Below are positions 46,825-58,952 of a stretch of 64,000 nucleotides of DNA, in pieces. Within the stretch, counting starts at the first letter, position 1; each line of letters starts with the position of its first letter. The DNA is from an uncultured bacterium (GTDB lineage Bacteria; Patescibacteriota; Gracilibacteria; Absconditabacterales; Absconditicoccaceae). The position numbers were made by a program, and so were the translations under genes. Under the pieces are notes generated by a model. That model searched no databases, was not told the origin of the DNA, and saw nothing but the letters and a program-made list of their open reading frames with translations. The stretch spans positions 41,081 through 105,080 of the forward strand of contig CALMTC010000016.1 of the NCBI GenBank assembly GCA_937872535.1. The letters run 5' to 3'.

Positions 46825-49800
46825 ATGAAATCTCTGACTCATCAGAGTCGGATTCTATCTATGAGATTGCCGATTGTTCATGAAAAAACTAGTATGAATG
46901 TGATTGGCGAAATTATCTTTTTTTTGAGAAAGAAAATCATTGCTAGGATTGCACAGAGTGATATCAAAATTATGAGAACTTGGGGGACGGGAAACGAAAA
47001 TGAAACTCAAGTATTGAAGGCTTTTGTGATGAATGGAAAATTTGTTCATCGACTGAGATCGTATGCTATATATTTGCTTATTTGATCAAAAACTATCAGA
47101 ATTAAACTTATTATAATAATACTTTTTTGATATTTCATTAGAGAAAAACTTTTAAAAACTAAAAAAACTTTCTTTGTTTATTGAAATGATTTGGAAAATC
47201 TAGATTTTGATCAAGAATTTTGTTTATTTATTCTTAAGTGTGTACATTTTTTGTCAAAAAAATGATTGTTTGTATTTTTAGAACCAAAATTTGACAATTT
47301 TTTGTTTTCTGCTTATAGTATTTGTGATGTTATTTATTTTTTCTACTCAATAAAAATGTTTTTCTCTCAAAAATCTAAACTTCAATTGAAAAAAAAAATC
47401 CAGAAATTTAATGTAAGAATTTTTTCATTAGGGATTGTCTGTTTTTTGATCGCTTGATTTACCTTTATGCTTGTAGAGAGTATTGTTTCTCCAGTTCTGA
47501 CCTATGCAAGCTGGACTAGTAATGATGACTATGTTGATGATTCTTTTTGGGCGGGAAACCCTAGTGATTCAGATATTATTTCTGCTTTTTTTGGAGATGG
47601 GCAGCTTGGTACTGATTCTACTGCTTATAGTCAACGCTGGAGCGGAGCTCTTTGCGATACTAGCTTGATGACTGTTGAACATATTTCTAGTTTGGCTGGG
47701 CCATTTAATTCTTGAACTATTTATATTTTAGATCAATGAACATATACTGTCTTTACTAGAATTATACTAGATAGTTGTTCTGCTCTTGTAAGTACCTGAT
47801 GAGTTACTTTGGTGCAGGATTCTTCTTTGAATGATGTAATTTTGTCGATGGATGGTGTTAATAATGTTGTTGTTGATTGAATTAATTTTGATTGAGGAGG
47901 TTTTCCTTCTACTTATGTATTATCCTTGGATAATTCCGTGAATATCACTTTCCATGCTATTGATATGAGTAATTCTTCTGCAACTGCTCTTGCTGCTTTA
48001 AATTCATCTTCTGTTAGTGTTTCTCATTCAGATTTTGTTTGAAATCAATTTTGAATTCAGGTTCTCAATGTTGATGGTTTGTGGTTTGATAATATTTTTG
48101 TTTCTGGTTCTACTTCACAATGAATTGTTGTTAATAATTCTACTGGTCTTGGTATGGAATACATAGAAATCTCTCATTCATCTCAATGATTAAATATTTT
48201 GAATTCTTATTACTCGGGTCAAGTTATTCGTTTTCTTGATCTACATGATAATACTAGCAATATTGGTCTTGCTCAGATAGATCATCTAACGATATATGGT
48301 ATTCGTTCTTATAATTCAGATTCTTGTGTTACTGTTTCGTCTTTACATTTTAGCTATCTTTATGATTTTGTAGCTTATAATTGTAGCTTGTATGGAGTAC
48401 AAATTTCTTCTTCAGATTATTCGGTTTTTGATGATTTTATTGTTTTTAATAATTATAATTGAGTTTCTTTGCCTGGTAACAATAATTCTATTTTTTCAAA
48501 TTTTCTAGTTTATAATAATTCTAATATTGCATTTTTTATCAATTCATCTTCAAATAATAGTCTAGTAAATATTCGTGCTTATAATAACTATATCTTTTTG
48601 AATTCTGATACTTTGTCATATAATAATAAGTATTATGGTAATCTTATACTCAAAGATAATGCTGTTAATTTTATTGTTACTAATGCTAATGATTTTTTCT
48701 TCTCTCCGTGAAATGATTCTTTCTATCCAGGTTGGAGTGCTTGAGTTTTGCAGACAGGATCTTTAGGTTCAGATATTAGTGATTTTGTTTTGAATCCAGT
48801 TAATGAGAATGGTACTTATTTTTATTCTCTCACTGGTAACGCGTCTTTCAGATGATATACTGGTTCATGGAGTGGAAAAACTTCTCAATATCTTTATTTT
48901 TCTGAGTTGCCAAAACAATCTTCAGGTGTTATTTATCATGATACAATTCTGACTAATTCTACAGTTTTTCCTTTTAACTCTGATCTTTTTATTACTGATT
49001 GAATATTTTCTTGATATCTTTATGGACAAGACTTTTTCGGTTGAAGTATTGATCTTCTTTCTCAGTGAGATGCTATCATTCATAAAAATATAGGGAAATA
49101 TTTTACTAATCATACTGGTGTCTTTACTTTGAAGCTTAATGTTTCAGAGGATGCAGAATATAGTTTTTTTGGTGATTTTGTTACTGGTAGTAGTCTATGA
49201 GTTACCGGATTTATCAATGGAGCGAATTTGACGGGTGATGTTCTTTTTACGAATTGAACTGGTAAAAAAATTTTAGTAGCTCAGTTTACTACAGGAAGCA
49301 AAATTTCATCTCGCTACTGAATTTACTTGAATTATGATTTTTCTGCTCCGACAATTTCGATAGTTGCTCCTTCTAGTGGTGCTCACTTTTTGTATGGTAC
49401 TGCCTTAAATCTTTTGGTCTCTGGTGATGATTTAATAGGAGCTTGATTCCACTGATTTGATTATGAGGTATCAACTTGAGATTCTATGAGTTTTATTATT
49501 TATAGTGGTTTTGCTTCTTGAAATGTAGCTGTGTTACCATCTTTGGTCGATAATATTTATTATGTGAGAGTCAGAGGAAAAGATTTTTTGTGAAATTATT
49601 CTGCATGGACTAATGTTAGACCTTTTTTTATTGATGCTCCTAAGGCTAATTTATCTTTGACTAATAATGTTCCTTTTGGTTCGCAATCGGGAGAACTTCT
49701 TTCGATTCTTTATACATATAATAATATTGGTCCTGATTTGGCTAGAAATGCTGTATTTTCTTTAGTGCTGCCGAGCTGATTAACTTTGGTCAATAGTAGT

Positions 49801-50973
49801 TTAACTGCTAGTGGAAGTACTGGTAATTACTCATTTTCTCTTTGAGATATTTTGGCTGGAGGGATAGGTAATATAAGTTTACAGATTTTAGTCAGATCTC
49901 AAGGAGTTTACCAAATTGGCGGAAATATTTCTTCTACTAGTATTGATTCTATACTTTCTAATAATCTTTCAACTGGAAATACTATAGCTTCTGGTAATTA
50001 TCAATGAGCTCCAGTTGTCATCTCAGCTGGAGGAGGTGGATGATGATGAGGTGGAGGTGGATGATGAGGTGGAGGTGGATGATGAGGTTCTACAATTGTA
50101 AACTATGGCTCTACGATTGTTGTTGTTAGAAATGACGAATTACCAAAAAATACTGGTTCTATTGTCCCAATTTATAACAGTGCAACATTCAAAGAATCTC
50201 TTCCACAAAATATTTATCCAAGACTTACTACTCTTATTGCTTCATATCAAAATCAAGAAAGAGGGAAATGTATTTTTGGAAATCAAGCTCTTCAAGTTCT
50301 TGTCTTTTCTGATATCAATCAAGATCCAGAACAGTGATCTATCCAAGCTTTACTTGATCGTTGCCTTGTGAGAGGGAAAGGTAAATTGCAGTTTAAACCT
50401 GAAGAAAAGGTGACTCGTGCTGAGTGGATAAAAATGTTGATAGGTACATTATCTTATGATCGTGATGTTACTCAACTTCCTGTTAGAAATGTTGCTGGTA
50501 GTTATCCTGATCTGATTTATAAAGATTGATCTTTTCATTGGGCTTATGATTATATTTCATTGGCTGATGGCTTTGGATTACTTCGTTTCCTTGATCAAAA
50601 TACTGGAGAAAATTTTGAGCCTGAGAAGCTTATTACTCCACAAGAAGCTTATAAAATGCTTCGTTCTGTTTATCGTTTGATTGATAAAAAGACAGATTCT
50701 TTACCACTTGTTGATTCTGGTGTGACTATGAGTAGATCTCAAGTATCTGCATTTTTGGTTGAAGGGTTTTCTATTCAGCCATTTATTCCAAAGGCAAATA
50801 TTGATTTTTTAGCTTCTTTTAAAGCTATTCTTAGTGGTTTACCAACTGCGAATCATGGTGAAGCCTTTGAAACTCTTTCTCGTATGCTTCAAAAAACTCG
50901 TTATATCCAAGCTTTGAAGAAAAAATGAATTAATGTTTCTCAACTTAAAAAGGATTTAAGGATGTTTCAGTAA
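46825..50973 (+). CDS. giant surface protein: parallel beta-helix repeats, poly-Gly linker, C-terminal SLH-like domains
   Basis: Frame 1 is open (TAA/TAG only) from 46600 to TAA 50971-50973. The first ATG is at 46825. A classic signal-anchor start, MFFSQKSKLQLKKKIQKFNVRIFSLGIVCFLIAGFTFMLV, is at ATG 47356 and is the alternative start. N/S-rich NxxxI beta-helix-like repeats span 47.8-48.7 kb. A run of 20 Gly is at 50029-50088. An SLH-like FSDINQDPEQGSIQALLDRCLVRG...TRAEWIKMLIG follows. Confidence 0.65.
50029..50088 (+). repeat. coding poly-glycine tract (20 Gly, 7 of them TGA codons)
   Basis: The sequence reads GGA GGA GGT GGA TGA TGA TGA GGT GGA GGT GGA TGA TGA GGT GGA GGT GGA TGA TGA GGT. 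It is in the frame of the surrounding gene. Confidence 0.85.
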
Positions 50974-51072
50974 AATATATTTTTAGGACGATTGATTTTT
51001 AATACTCAATAGCTATAAAGAGTGAATTATTTTCACTTCTTTACTGTTTTGTTTATGGTAAAAAAAACTTGA

Positions 51073-54000
51073 TTGAATGATAAGAAAAAAACTGTGGAAA
51101 AAAAAGTAGTTACTAGGAAGAAAAGCACTTCCAAGAAATCTCTTGTCGAGAACCAGAATGAAAATATTTTGGAAAAAAAAGATAGTGGATTTTTAATGGG
51201 AAAAAATTTTATTCCTGATTTTGGTGAACAGGTTTTGACTTTTCGTGGTGTAAAAACTCATAATTTGAGAAATATCGATATTGATCTGCCTAAAAATAAA
51301 ATCATTACGGTAACTTGAGTTTCTGGTTCTGGTAAATCTTCTTTTGCTTTTGATACGGTCTATAAAGAGGGGCAGTATAGATATATCGAATCGCTTTCTT
51401 CGTATCTGAGACAGTTTTTTAATCTCTGAGAGAGACCTGATATTGACTATAGCTCTGGTTTGTCGCCCGCTATTGCTATTGAGCAAAATAAAAGAGTCTG
51501 AAATGCTAGAAGTACAGTCTGAACGCTTACTGAGATCGATGATTATCTGAGATTACTTTTTGCAAAACTTGGAGATATCTATAGCTATGGCTCTGGAAAA
51601 CCAATTAAAGCTCAAACTATTGACCAAATTATTGATGATATGAAGCACTTATATCTTGGGAAAAAAATTTATTTGGTTCAACTTGTTGGGCATTTTGATG
51701 ATAGTAGAGAATTTTTGAAGTTCGTGAAAAAAAATAGAATGAAAGTGGAACAATGAGAAGGTTTCACTAGATATTTGATGGTTATGAATGATAAAAAAAT
51801 TCCTTCATCAGATGAAATTTTGCTTGAAAAAGATCAAGAGGATACTATGATGGGAAATTTCTGATCAAATATTAAAATTTCTGGTTCTCAAAAAATAGCT
51901 CAAAAAACTGAATCTGAGTCTTCGAAAAGTGTGGAAAAACAGACTTCAACTATTGAGTATTTCTACTTGGAATCTCCACATGTTCCTGAGAAATTTTTTC
52001 CAGTACAAGTATATGGAATTTTTGATCGTGTGACAGTAGAAGAGCAAAAGATACCTAGACTAAAGGAAGATATTGTGAAAATTCTTGGTATGTCTAAGAA
52101 GTTTGGTGTGTATTGTTCTCTTGAAGATAAACAACCAAGTGATAGCGCAGTTTCAAAAGCTATGGATAAGGATGTTTATAATTTGGCTGGGCAGGTAAAA
52201 TGGTATACTGATAAAAATTATTGTCCTGATTTTGATATTACTTATCCTGATTTTGCTCCACATCATTTTTCTCCTAATAGAGCTGAGTGAGCTTGTCCTG
52301 TTTGTCATGGCCTTGGAGAAAATCTGAATGTCGATTTTGATAGAATTCTCGATCCTCATGCTCCTTTTATGAAAGCTGTTTTACCTTGGCGTGACTCTGT
52401 GCTTGGTCAAACTATTCTGAAAAAGTTGGCTCAAAAATACTCTATGAACGAGGAAAAACTTTGGAAAGATCAACCAGATTGGTTTAAAGAAATTGTGCTT
52501 CAGTGAGACAATGAAATTCTCAGAATTGGAGTGGCGGCAAAAAATGTGAATATGACTTATAAGGGGATTCAAGATGTCTTGACTACTCAGTACAATAAAT
52601 GATTGCTGACTGTAGATTTTCAGGCTATGTTTGAATTGAAACCATGTACTGAATGTCATGGTGCGAAGCTGAGAAAAGAGTCACTTTATGTGTTTTTGTA
52701 CAGTGGAAAACCAGAAAAAAAACCTTTGAATATAAAAGTAGATGATATGAGTAAAATGTTTACTCTTTTTGATTTGCAAAAAATTCCTGTGCAACAGCTG
52801 GTGGAAGTGCTTGTTGAATATCAGAAAAATACTGATAAACCTTCTGAACTCGTGAATAGAATTATGAATCCGTTGATCGATAGAACGAAGACGATTATTT
52901 CTCTAGGGCTGGGGCATCTTGGTCTGAATAGGCAAGTGGACACGCTTTCTGGATGAGAAATTCAGAGACTGAGACTGGCGAAGCAGCTTGGAAATAAATT
53001 GACGGGAATTATTTATGTTCTTGATGAACCAACTATTGGCCTAGATACTGAAGAAATTGTTCGTACTATTGAAGCAATTAAAACTCTCAAAGCCATGTGA
53101 AACACTATTATTGTGGTCGAACATAATGATGCTTTTATCAAAGCTAGTGACTGGGTCGTCGAGATTGGTCCTGGAGCTTGAGATTTTGGTGGTCATCTGA
53201 TTTTTAATGGTCCTTATGAAGAATTTTTGAAGATAGATAGTCTGACTTCTCAGTATGTGAGAGGCGAGAAAAAAATTCAGGTCGATCTGGATCATACTCC
53301 GACAGCGAAAAAAGTTTCTATTAAAAAAGCTAGTCAACATAATCTTAAATGAGTTGATGTGGAAATAAATCTTGGTGCTTTTACTATTATTACTTGACCT
53401 TCTGGAGCTGGTAAAACGACCCTGATGTATGGTACTTTATTCAAATTTTTGGATGAAAAACAAAAATTTATTCAATCTTATATAAGACTTCAATTATTAA
53501 AGAAGGGAATGTCTTGGTCTGATATTATAAAAGCTCCAGTAATGCAAAAAGAGGAGTATGAACATCTTCAAAGTCTTGCTTTACAGGAATTTCATAAAAG
53601 TATCGGAGTAGAAACGATCAAAGGCCATGAGGAAATTGATAATGTGATCTATATCGATCAGTCGAGTATCTGAAAAACTCCAAGAAGCTGCCCAGCTACA
53701 TTTATCGGAGTTTTTGATCATATGAGAAAAATCTATGCTGGCGTACCAGAGGCTCAGTTTATGGGTTTTTGAGCTGGGCATTTTAGTTTTAATTCTAGTA
53801 AAGGAAGCTGTACAGAGTGTGAAGGATACTGATATAAAAAAGTGGAACTTCAGTTTTTACCAGATACTTATGTTCCTTGTCCGCTTTGTCATGGAAAAAG
53901 ATATAAGCCAGAAATTTTGTCTGTTCAGCGACATGGAAAAAATATTTCTGAGGTATTGGGAATGTATGTCAGAGATGCTTTGGAATTTTTCAAGGATATT

Positions 54001-54330
54001 CATTTTATCAGAGATGAACTTGAATTGCTGGTAGATATTGGGCTTGGATATCTGAGACTATGACAGCCAGCTCATACGTTATCGGGATGAGAAAGTCAGA
54101 GGCTTAAATTGTCGAGACATCTTCTCAAATCGTATAAGTGACACACTGTTTATTTTCTCGATGAACCTACTGTTTGACTTCATCCAAGTGATATTGAAAA
54201 ATTGCTTCATGTTTTAAAAAAGTTTTTGGACAATGGAGATACGATTTTGATGATAGAACATGATAAAAGTTTGTTAGAATTTGCAGATAAAGTTATAATT
54301 CTTCGTGATGGAGTTCTGCATAATGCTTAG
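51073..54330 (+). CDS. uvrA: excinuclease ABC subunit A
   Basis: Five track fragments in frame 1. Motifs: [14 protein letters not shown] (first Gly from TGA), [12 protein letters not shown], two CxxC zinc modules, [26 protein letters not shown]. The start is TTG 51073 (K-rich extension) or ATG 51196. Stop is TAG 54328-54330. Confidence 0.9.
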
Positions 54331-54395
54331 AAAATAGATGATTCTAAGTAATATTTTGAGACAATGTTTTAATTTTTTGAAACTTTGGTTTAAAA

Positions 54396-55076
54396 ATGTG
54401 AATAAATTCTGCTGAAGTTCGTATGGAGGAAAGTTGGAAAAAATGCTTAAAATCTGAATTTTCTAAAGAATATTTTGGGCAGATAAAAAATTTTTTATTG
54501 GAAGAGCAAAAAAATGGATTTGAAGTTTTTCCACCTCGTTCCCAAATATTTTATGCTTTTGAGAAAACTCCTCTTGAGAAAGTGAGAGTAGTAATTCTCT
54601 GACAAGATCCTTATCATTGAATAGGACAGGCTCATGGGCTTAGTTTTTCTGTGCAGAAATGAATCACTTTGCCTCCTTCACTGAAAAATATTTTCAAGGA
54701 AATTGCTGAGGAGTTTGGTGGTGAGCCGTCTAACGATGGAGATCTGACTCGCTGGGCTGATCAGGGAGTTTTTTTGCTCAATGCGATTTTGACGGTGAGA
54801 AAAAATCAGCCGGCCAGTCATAGCGAAATAGGTCGACAGTATTTTACTGATGCGGTGATTAAAAAACTGAGTGATGAAAGGACTGGAGTGATTTTTTTGT
54901 TGTGGGGAAAATTTGCTCAGTCTAAAGAAAGTCTGATAGATAAAACTCGTCATACGGTCTTGGTGGCACCTCATCCGTCTCCTTTTTCTGCTCATTCTGG
55001 GTTTTTTGGCTGTGGACATTTTAAAAAGGTAAATGACATTCTCAAAGAAAGAGGTGAAAAAGAAATAATCTGGTAA
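54396..55076 (+). CDS. ung: uracil-DNA glycosylase (family 1)
   Basis: Motifs: GQDPYHGIGQAHGLSFSV (two Gly from TGA), LLNAILTV, IG(CGA)QYFTDAVI, HPSPFSA. The alternative start is ATG 54423. Confidence 0.9.
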
Positions 55077-55106
55077 CTTTATTTACTTATATTTTTCTTA
55101 TTTTTG

Positions 55107-55835
55107 ATGCAACTTTTTTTGACTGACTGGGTAGAAAAAAATAATGAAATTTTTATTTCTGATGATCGTGTTTCTCATCAGATGAAAACTGTCTTGAGAG
55201 CTAAGGAGTGAACAGAATTTTTTGTACAAAAAAGCAGCGATGAAAGTGCTTTAAGAATGAAAGTCAGACTAAAAAATTTTGATGATAAGAAAACCATTAT
55301 TGCTGGTATTGTTTCTCAAGAGGGACAAAAAAATGAGATAAAATCACTGGAAATGTATGTGGCGATGCCAAATAAGTTTGATAAATGTGAACTGATTGTT
55401 CAAAAACTGGCTGAGATTTGAGTGTCAAAAATTGTTTTTTGGGTGGCTGAGAGATCTCAGATTCGTGAACTGAGTGAGCAAAAACTTGAGAGACTAGAAA
55501 AAATAGCTGTGGAAGCAGTAGAGCAGTCTCGAGGCTGGCAGATCCCTCGTCTTAGTTTTGAAAAAAATTTTTCTTCTGATGGTTTCAAAAAAACTGATTT
55601 TTTTTGTGTTTTTGATGCCGGTGAAAAAAGTGTGAATCCTTTTGATCTTTGAAAAATTCTTTGAGATTCAGAAAAAATTGTTTGAGTGGTAGGGCCAGAG
55701 GGAGGTCTTTCTCCAAAAGATTATGAGCTTTTTGGCTGAAAAGAAAGGGTAGTGAGCTTGGGAGGAACTATCTTGAGGATGGAAACTGCGGCTATCGTTG
55801 GCTGACGATTGCTGAGAAATCTGAGTCGCTGATAG
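55107..55835 (+). CDS. rsmE: 16S rRNA m3U1498 methyltransferase RsmE
   Basis: Frame 0 includes track ORF 55422-55652. Motifs: VEQSxGW, VVGPEGGLSPKDYE, SLGGTILRMETAA. It ends ...CGC TGA TAG at 55827-55835. Confidence 0.75.
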
Positions 55836-56064
55836 GAATCTGGAGAACTTTTTTTCTGCTCTGATGGCCTTGAAGTATCTTAATATCTGATTTTCTGGCA
55901 GAAAAAAGTGTGGCTATTTTTTCTAGGAGAGCTTTATTAGCTTCACCGTTGATTGGCTTGGCGCGGAGTTTGAGCTTGAGAAATTCAGCTCAAAAAATAT
56001 CTTTTTCGTAGTACTGAGATTCTGTTTTGGCTCAAGTAATTATTTCGATATTGACTATTTTCAT
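55792..56064 (-). CDS. DUF167 (YggU-like) protein
   Basis: A 90-aa ORF from ATG 56064. LKLRAKPINGEANKALLEKIATLF...ILQGHQSRKKVLQI matches the DUF167 pattern A.P..G.AN..L..fLa......v.i..G..sr.K.v.i. It overlaps the rsmE 3' end by 44 nt (convergent). Confidence 0.55.
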
Positions 56065-56162
56065 GGAATGTAGCCAGAAATAAATTTTTTTTAGATTAGT
56101 TATTTGAAAGTAAGTTTCGAGAGAATGTGAGAAAATCTTGACTTTTTTGTAATAATTGCTAT

Positions 56163-56759
56163 ATGACTGATGCTGGAATAAAACCCCCCAGCGTAAAAAA
56201 AATGACTTATAAAAAAAGTGTACACGAAGAGGCTATTACAATAGCTTTGCAACTGAATGAAGTTATCAGATCATCTGATTTTCCTTATTATTCACTCAGC
56301 CTCTATGCCGATTCGGTATTGGGTTTGAAAAATATGAATAATTTGATGCCTTCAACGATAAAATTAGAAGATTCTCTTGATGAATCTCTGTTTGTTGTCG
56401 TAGGGAAAATTCCATCAGGAAAAAAAATTTTTTACCTTGTAGGAAAGGAATCCTTAGATGGTAATCTTGATTTATATCTTTGTCTTACTAAAGATAAAGA
56501 TATGTTAAAAATTAAGAATTTTGTAACGGGTGAATTATTGCCTTTTTTGCAGAAAAAACGCATTTTGACTGAGGAAGCATGTTTTGATTCTCTTGTCGGT
56601 GGAATTCCTGTGGATATTGATTGTTTTTATGTTTTATTACAATACTTTATGGCAATTGGCTGTAAGGCTGCTTCCTGAAGTATACTGATTTGGAGACTGG
56701 TATTTCTGCCGGTCTTTTTTTATTTTTTTGATGTTTCCTTGAAAATTAGAGGTGTATAG
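56163..56759 (+). CDS. hypothetical protein (171 codons to a TGA, 198 to the first TAG)
   Basis: Track ORF 56163-56678 has no internal TGA. Its terminal TGA (56676-56678) is followed 16 nt later by a terminator hairpin. Under table 25 the frame runs on to TAG 56757-56759. Confidence 0.45.
56694..56729 (+). terminator. intrinsic terminator
   Basis: Stem AGACTGG / CCGGTCT (one G-U pair), an 8-nt loop, then T5 and further T-runs. Confidence 0.65.
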
Positions 56760-56843
56760 CTAGATTGGAAGCATGATATGTCGATCAAGTTTTGTGATGG
56801 TCGAGTATAAAAACTTTAGAATGTGTTAATGTAAAGAAAAATA

Positions 56844-58898
56844 ATGAATAAAAATATTCGTAATTTCTGTATTATTGCTCATATCGATCATGGTAAGTCG
56901 ACTCTGGCTGATAGAATGCTTGAGATTACTGGGACGGTGAGAAAGCTAGAACATAGTCAAATGCTGGATAGACTTGATATTGAGCAGGAAAGGTGAATTA
57001 CTATAAAACTTACGCCGGCTCGTATGCAGTGGAAAGGTCATGAATTGAATCTGATTGATACTCCAGGGCATGTTGATTTTCAGTACGAGGTGTCTCGTTC
57101 GCTGGCTGCTGTGGAAGGAGCTGTTTTGTTGGTAGACGCTTCTCAGGGAGTCCAGGCTCAGACGCTTTCTGTCTTGTATTCAGCTATGGATTACTGATTG
57201 GAAATTATTCCTGTACTTAATAAAATTGATTTGCCAGCAGCTAATCCTGAGAGAGTAGCTCAAGAACTTCAACATTTGCTTGGTATCGATCCAGAAAGTA
57301 TCATCAAAGTGTCGTGAAAAACGGGAGAAAATGTGGATCAAGTTTTGGATGCTATCATAGAAAGAATAGAGGCGCCAGAGAAAACCAGAAATAAAACTTT
57401 GGATAAATTTTTTCAGTCTGGTTTTGAAAAATATGATGGTTTGATTCAAAAACAAGTTTCAAGAGCGCTTATTTTTGATAGTGTTTATGATAAATATAGG
57501 GGAGTGGTTTGTTATGTTAAAGTGGTGGATGGGAGTTTTGCTATAGGCTCTCAGGTGAGATTGGTTTATTCGGATACAACGATATCGCCGACGGAGGTTT
57601 GATATTTTACTCCAGAATATCATAAAGATCGTCAGCTATCTGCTGGGCAGATTGGCTATATTGTGACGGGACAAAAATCGGTGAGAGATGCAAAAATCTG
57701 AGATACGATGTTGGTGATGAGCGAAGTTTCAGACTCGCAAAGTTGAGAAACTTTTACTCAAAAAGATCGTAATTTTGTCAAATGAATTACTATCCCATGA
57801 TTTAAAAAAGTGAAGCCGTATGTTTATGCTGGAGTCTATCCGATTGATAGCAATGATTTTGAAAAACTGAGGGAAGCTTTTGGTAAACTAGCACTCAATG
57901 ACAGTGCTGTGGAGTTTGAGTATGAAAATTCTAAAGCGCTGGGCTATGGTTTCAGATCTGGATTTTTGGGGATGCTTCATATGGATATCGTCAAAGAAAG
58001 ACTCTATAGAGAGTATAATCTCGAAACTATTTTTACTATTCCTTCTGTGGTCTATCTGATAAAACTTAAAATTCTGACGCATGAAAAAATAAAAACGGGA
58101 ACTAATGTAATGGAACTCATTAAAACGGGTCTCTTTATTCATATTATTTCTGATTTTACTGGTAGAGTTTCTGCTGAAGATCAGGAGCTTATAGCTACTA
58201 AGACTGATTCTGAATTGGCTAGTATCTATGCTGATAAGCTAGGATCTTGGATCTTGGCTACTTCTGGTGCTGATATGCCAGAGCAGTGAATAATTGACCA
58301 GATTTATGAGCCTTATGCTGATGTCGAGATCGTAGGTCCAAAAGATTTTAGTGGAAATATTATGGAGCTGGCTCAAGAATACAGAGGAGAGATGAAGCAT
58401 ATGGAGTATATTGATCAGCAAAGAATTTTGTGGAGATATCATATGCCTTTGGGAGAGCTGATTATCGATTTTTATGATAGATTGAAATCTTCGACAAAGT
58501 GATATGCTACGATGAACTATGATTTTAGACGCTATCAAGAGTCTGATCTCGTGAGATTGGATGTGTTTATCAACGGTGATAAGATTGAAGCTTTTAGTAT
58601 GGGACTTCATAGAGAAAAAGCTTATAGTCAAGGAGATGAAATAGTTACTAAACTTAAAGAGCTTATACCTAAGCATCTTTTCCCGATTCCTCTTCAAGCT
58701 GGTATCTGAAGTAAAATGATCGCAAGGGAGACTATTTCTGCTATGAAGAAGGATGTCTTGGCGAAGTGTTATGGATGAGATGTATCCAGAAAAAGAAAGC
58801 TTTTGGAAAAACAGAAGGAGTGAAAAAAGAAAATGAAGGCAATCTGATCAGTGAATGTACCAAACGATATTTTTATGAAAATGATGCAAAGAGATTAG
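56844..58898 (+). CDS. lepA: elongation factor 4 (LepA)
   Basis: Stitches 57333-57602, 57810-58289 and 58512-58709 in frame 0. Motifs: [26 protein letters not shown] (Gly from TGA), [38 protein letters not shown]. Stop is TAG 58896-58898. Confidence 0.95.
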
Positions 58899-58919
58899 AA
58901 AAAGTCTTTTTGAGAAAAA

Positions 58920-58944
58920 CCTCTGGCAATACCAGAGGTTTTTT
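58920..58944. terminator. bidirectional intrinsic terminator
   Basis: Perfect stem CCTCTGG / CCAGAGG with loop CAATA, an A-run 5' and T6 3'. Confidence 0.7.
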
Positions 58945-58952
58945 GATTGTGA

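Noticed and set aside
46835-46862. CTGATGAG on the minus strand (hammerhead ribozyme core?) within the nested palindrome CTCTGACTCATCAGAGTC
   Set aside because: There is no downstream CGAAA/GAAA core or suitable stems I-III. It lies in a frame that appears to be coding.
46644-46883. Track ORF MMVLSGPETFW... (TTG start) as an independent small gene
   Set aside because: It is in a different frame from the long stop-free frame 1, covers hairpin element C, and has no supporting features.
50029-50088. Tandem GGTGGAGGTGGATGATGA repeats as a CRISPR-like or non-coding satellite
   Set aside because: The units are contiguous with no spacers, they are in frame, and they translate to poly-Gly inside a continuous ORF.
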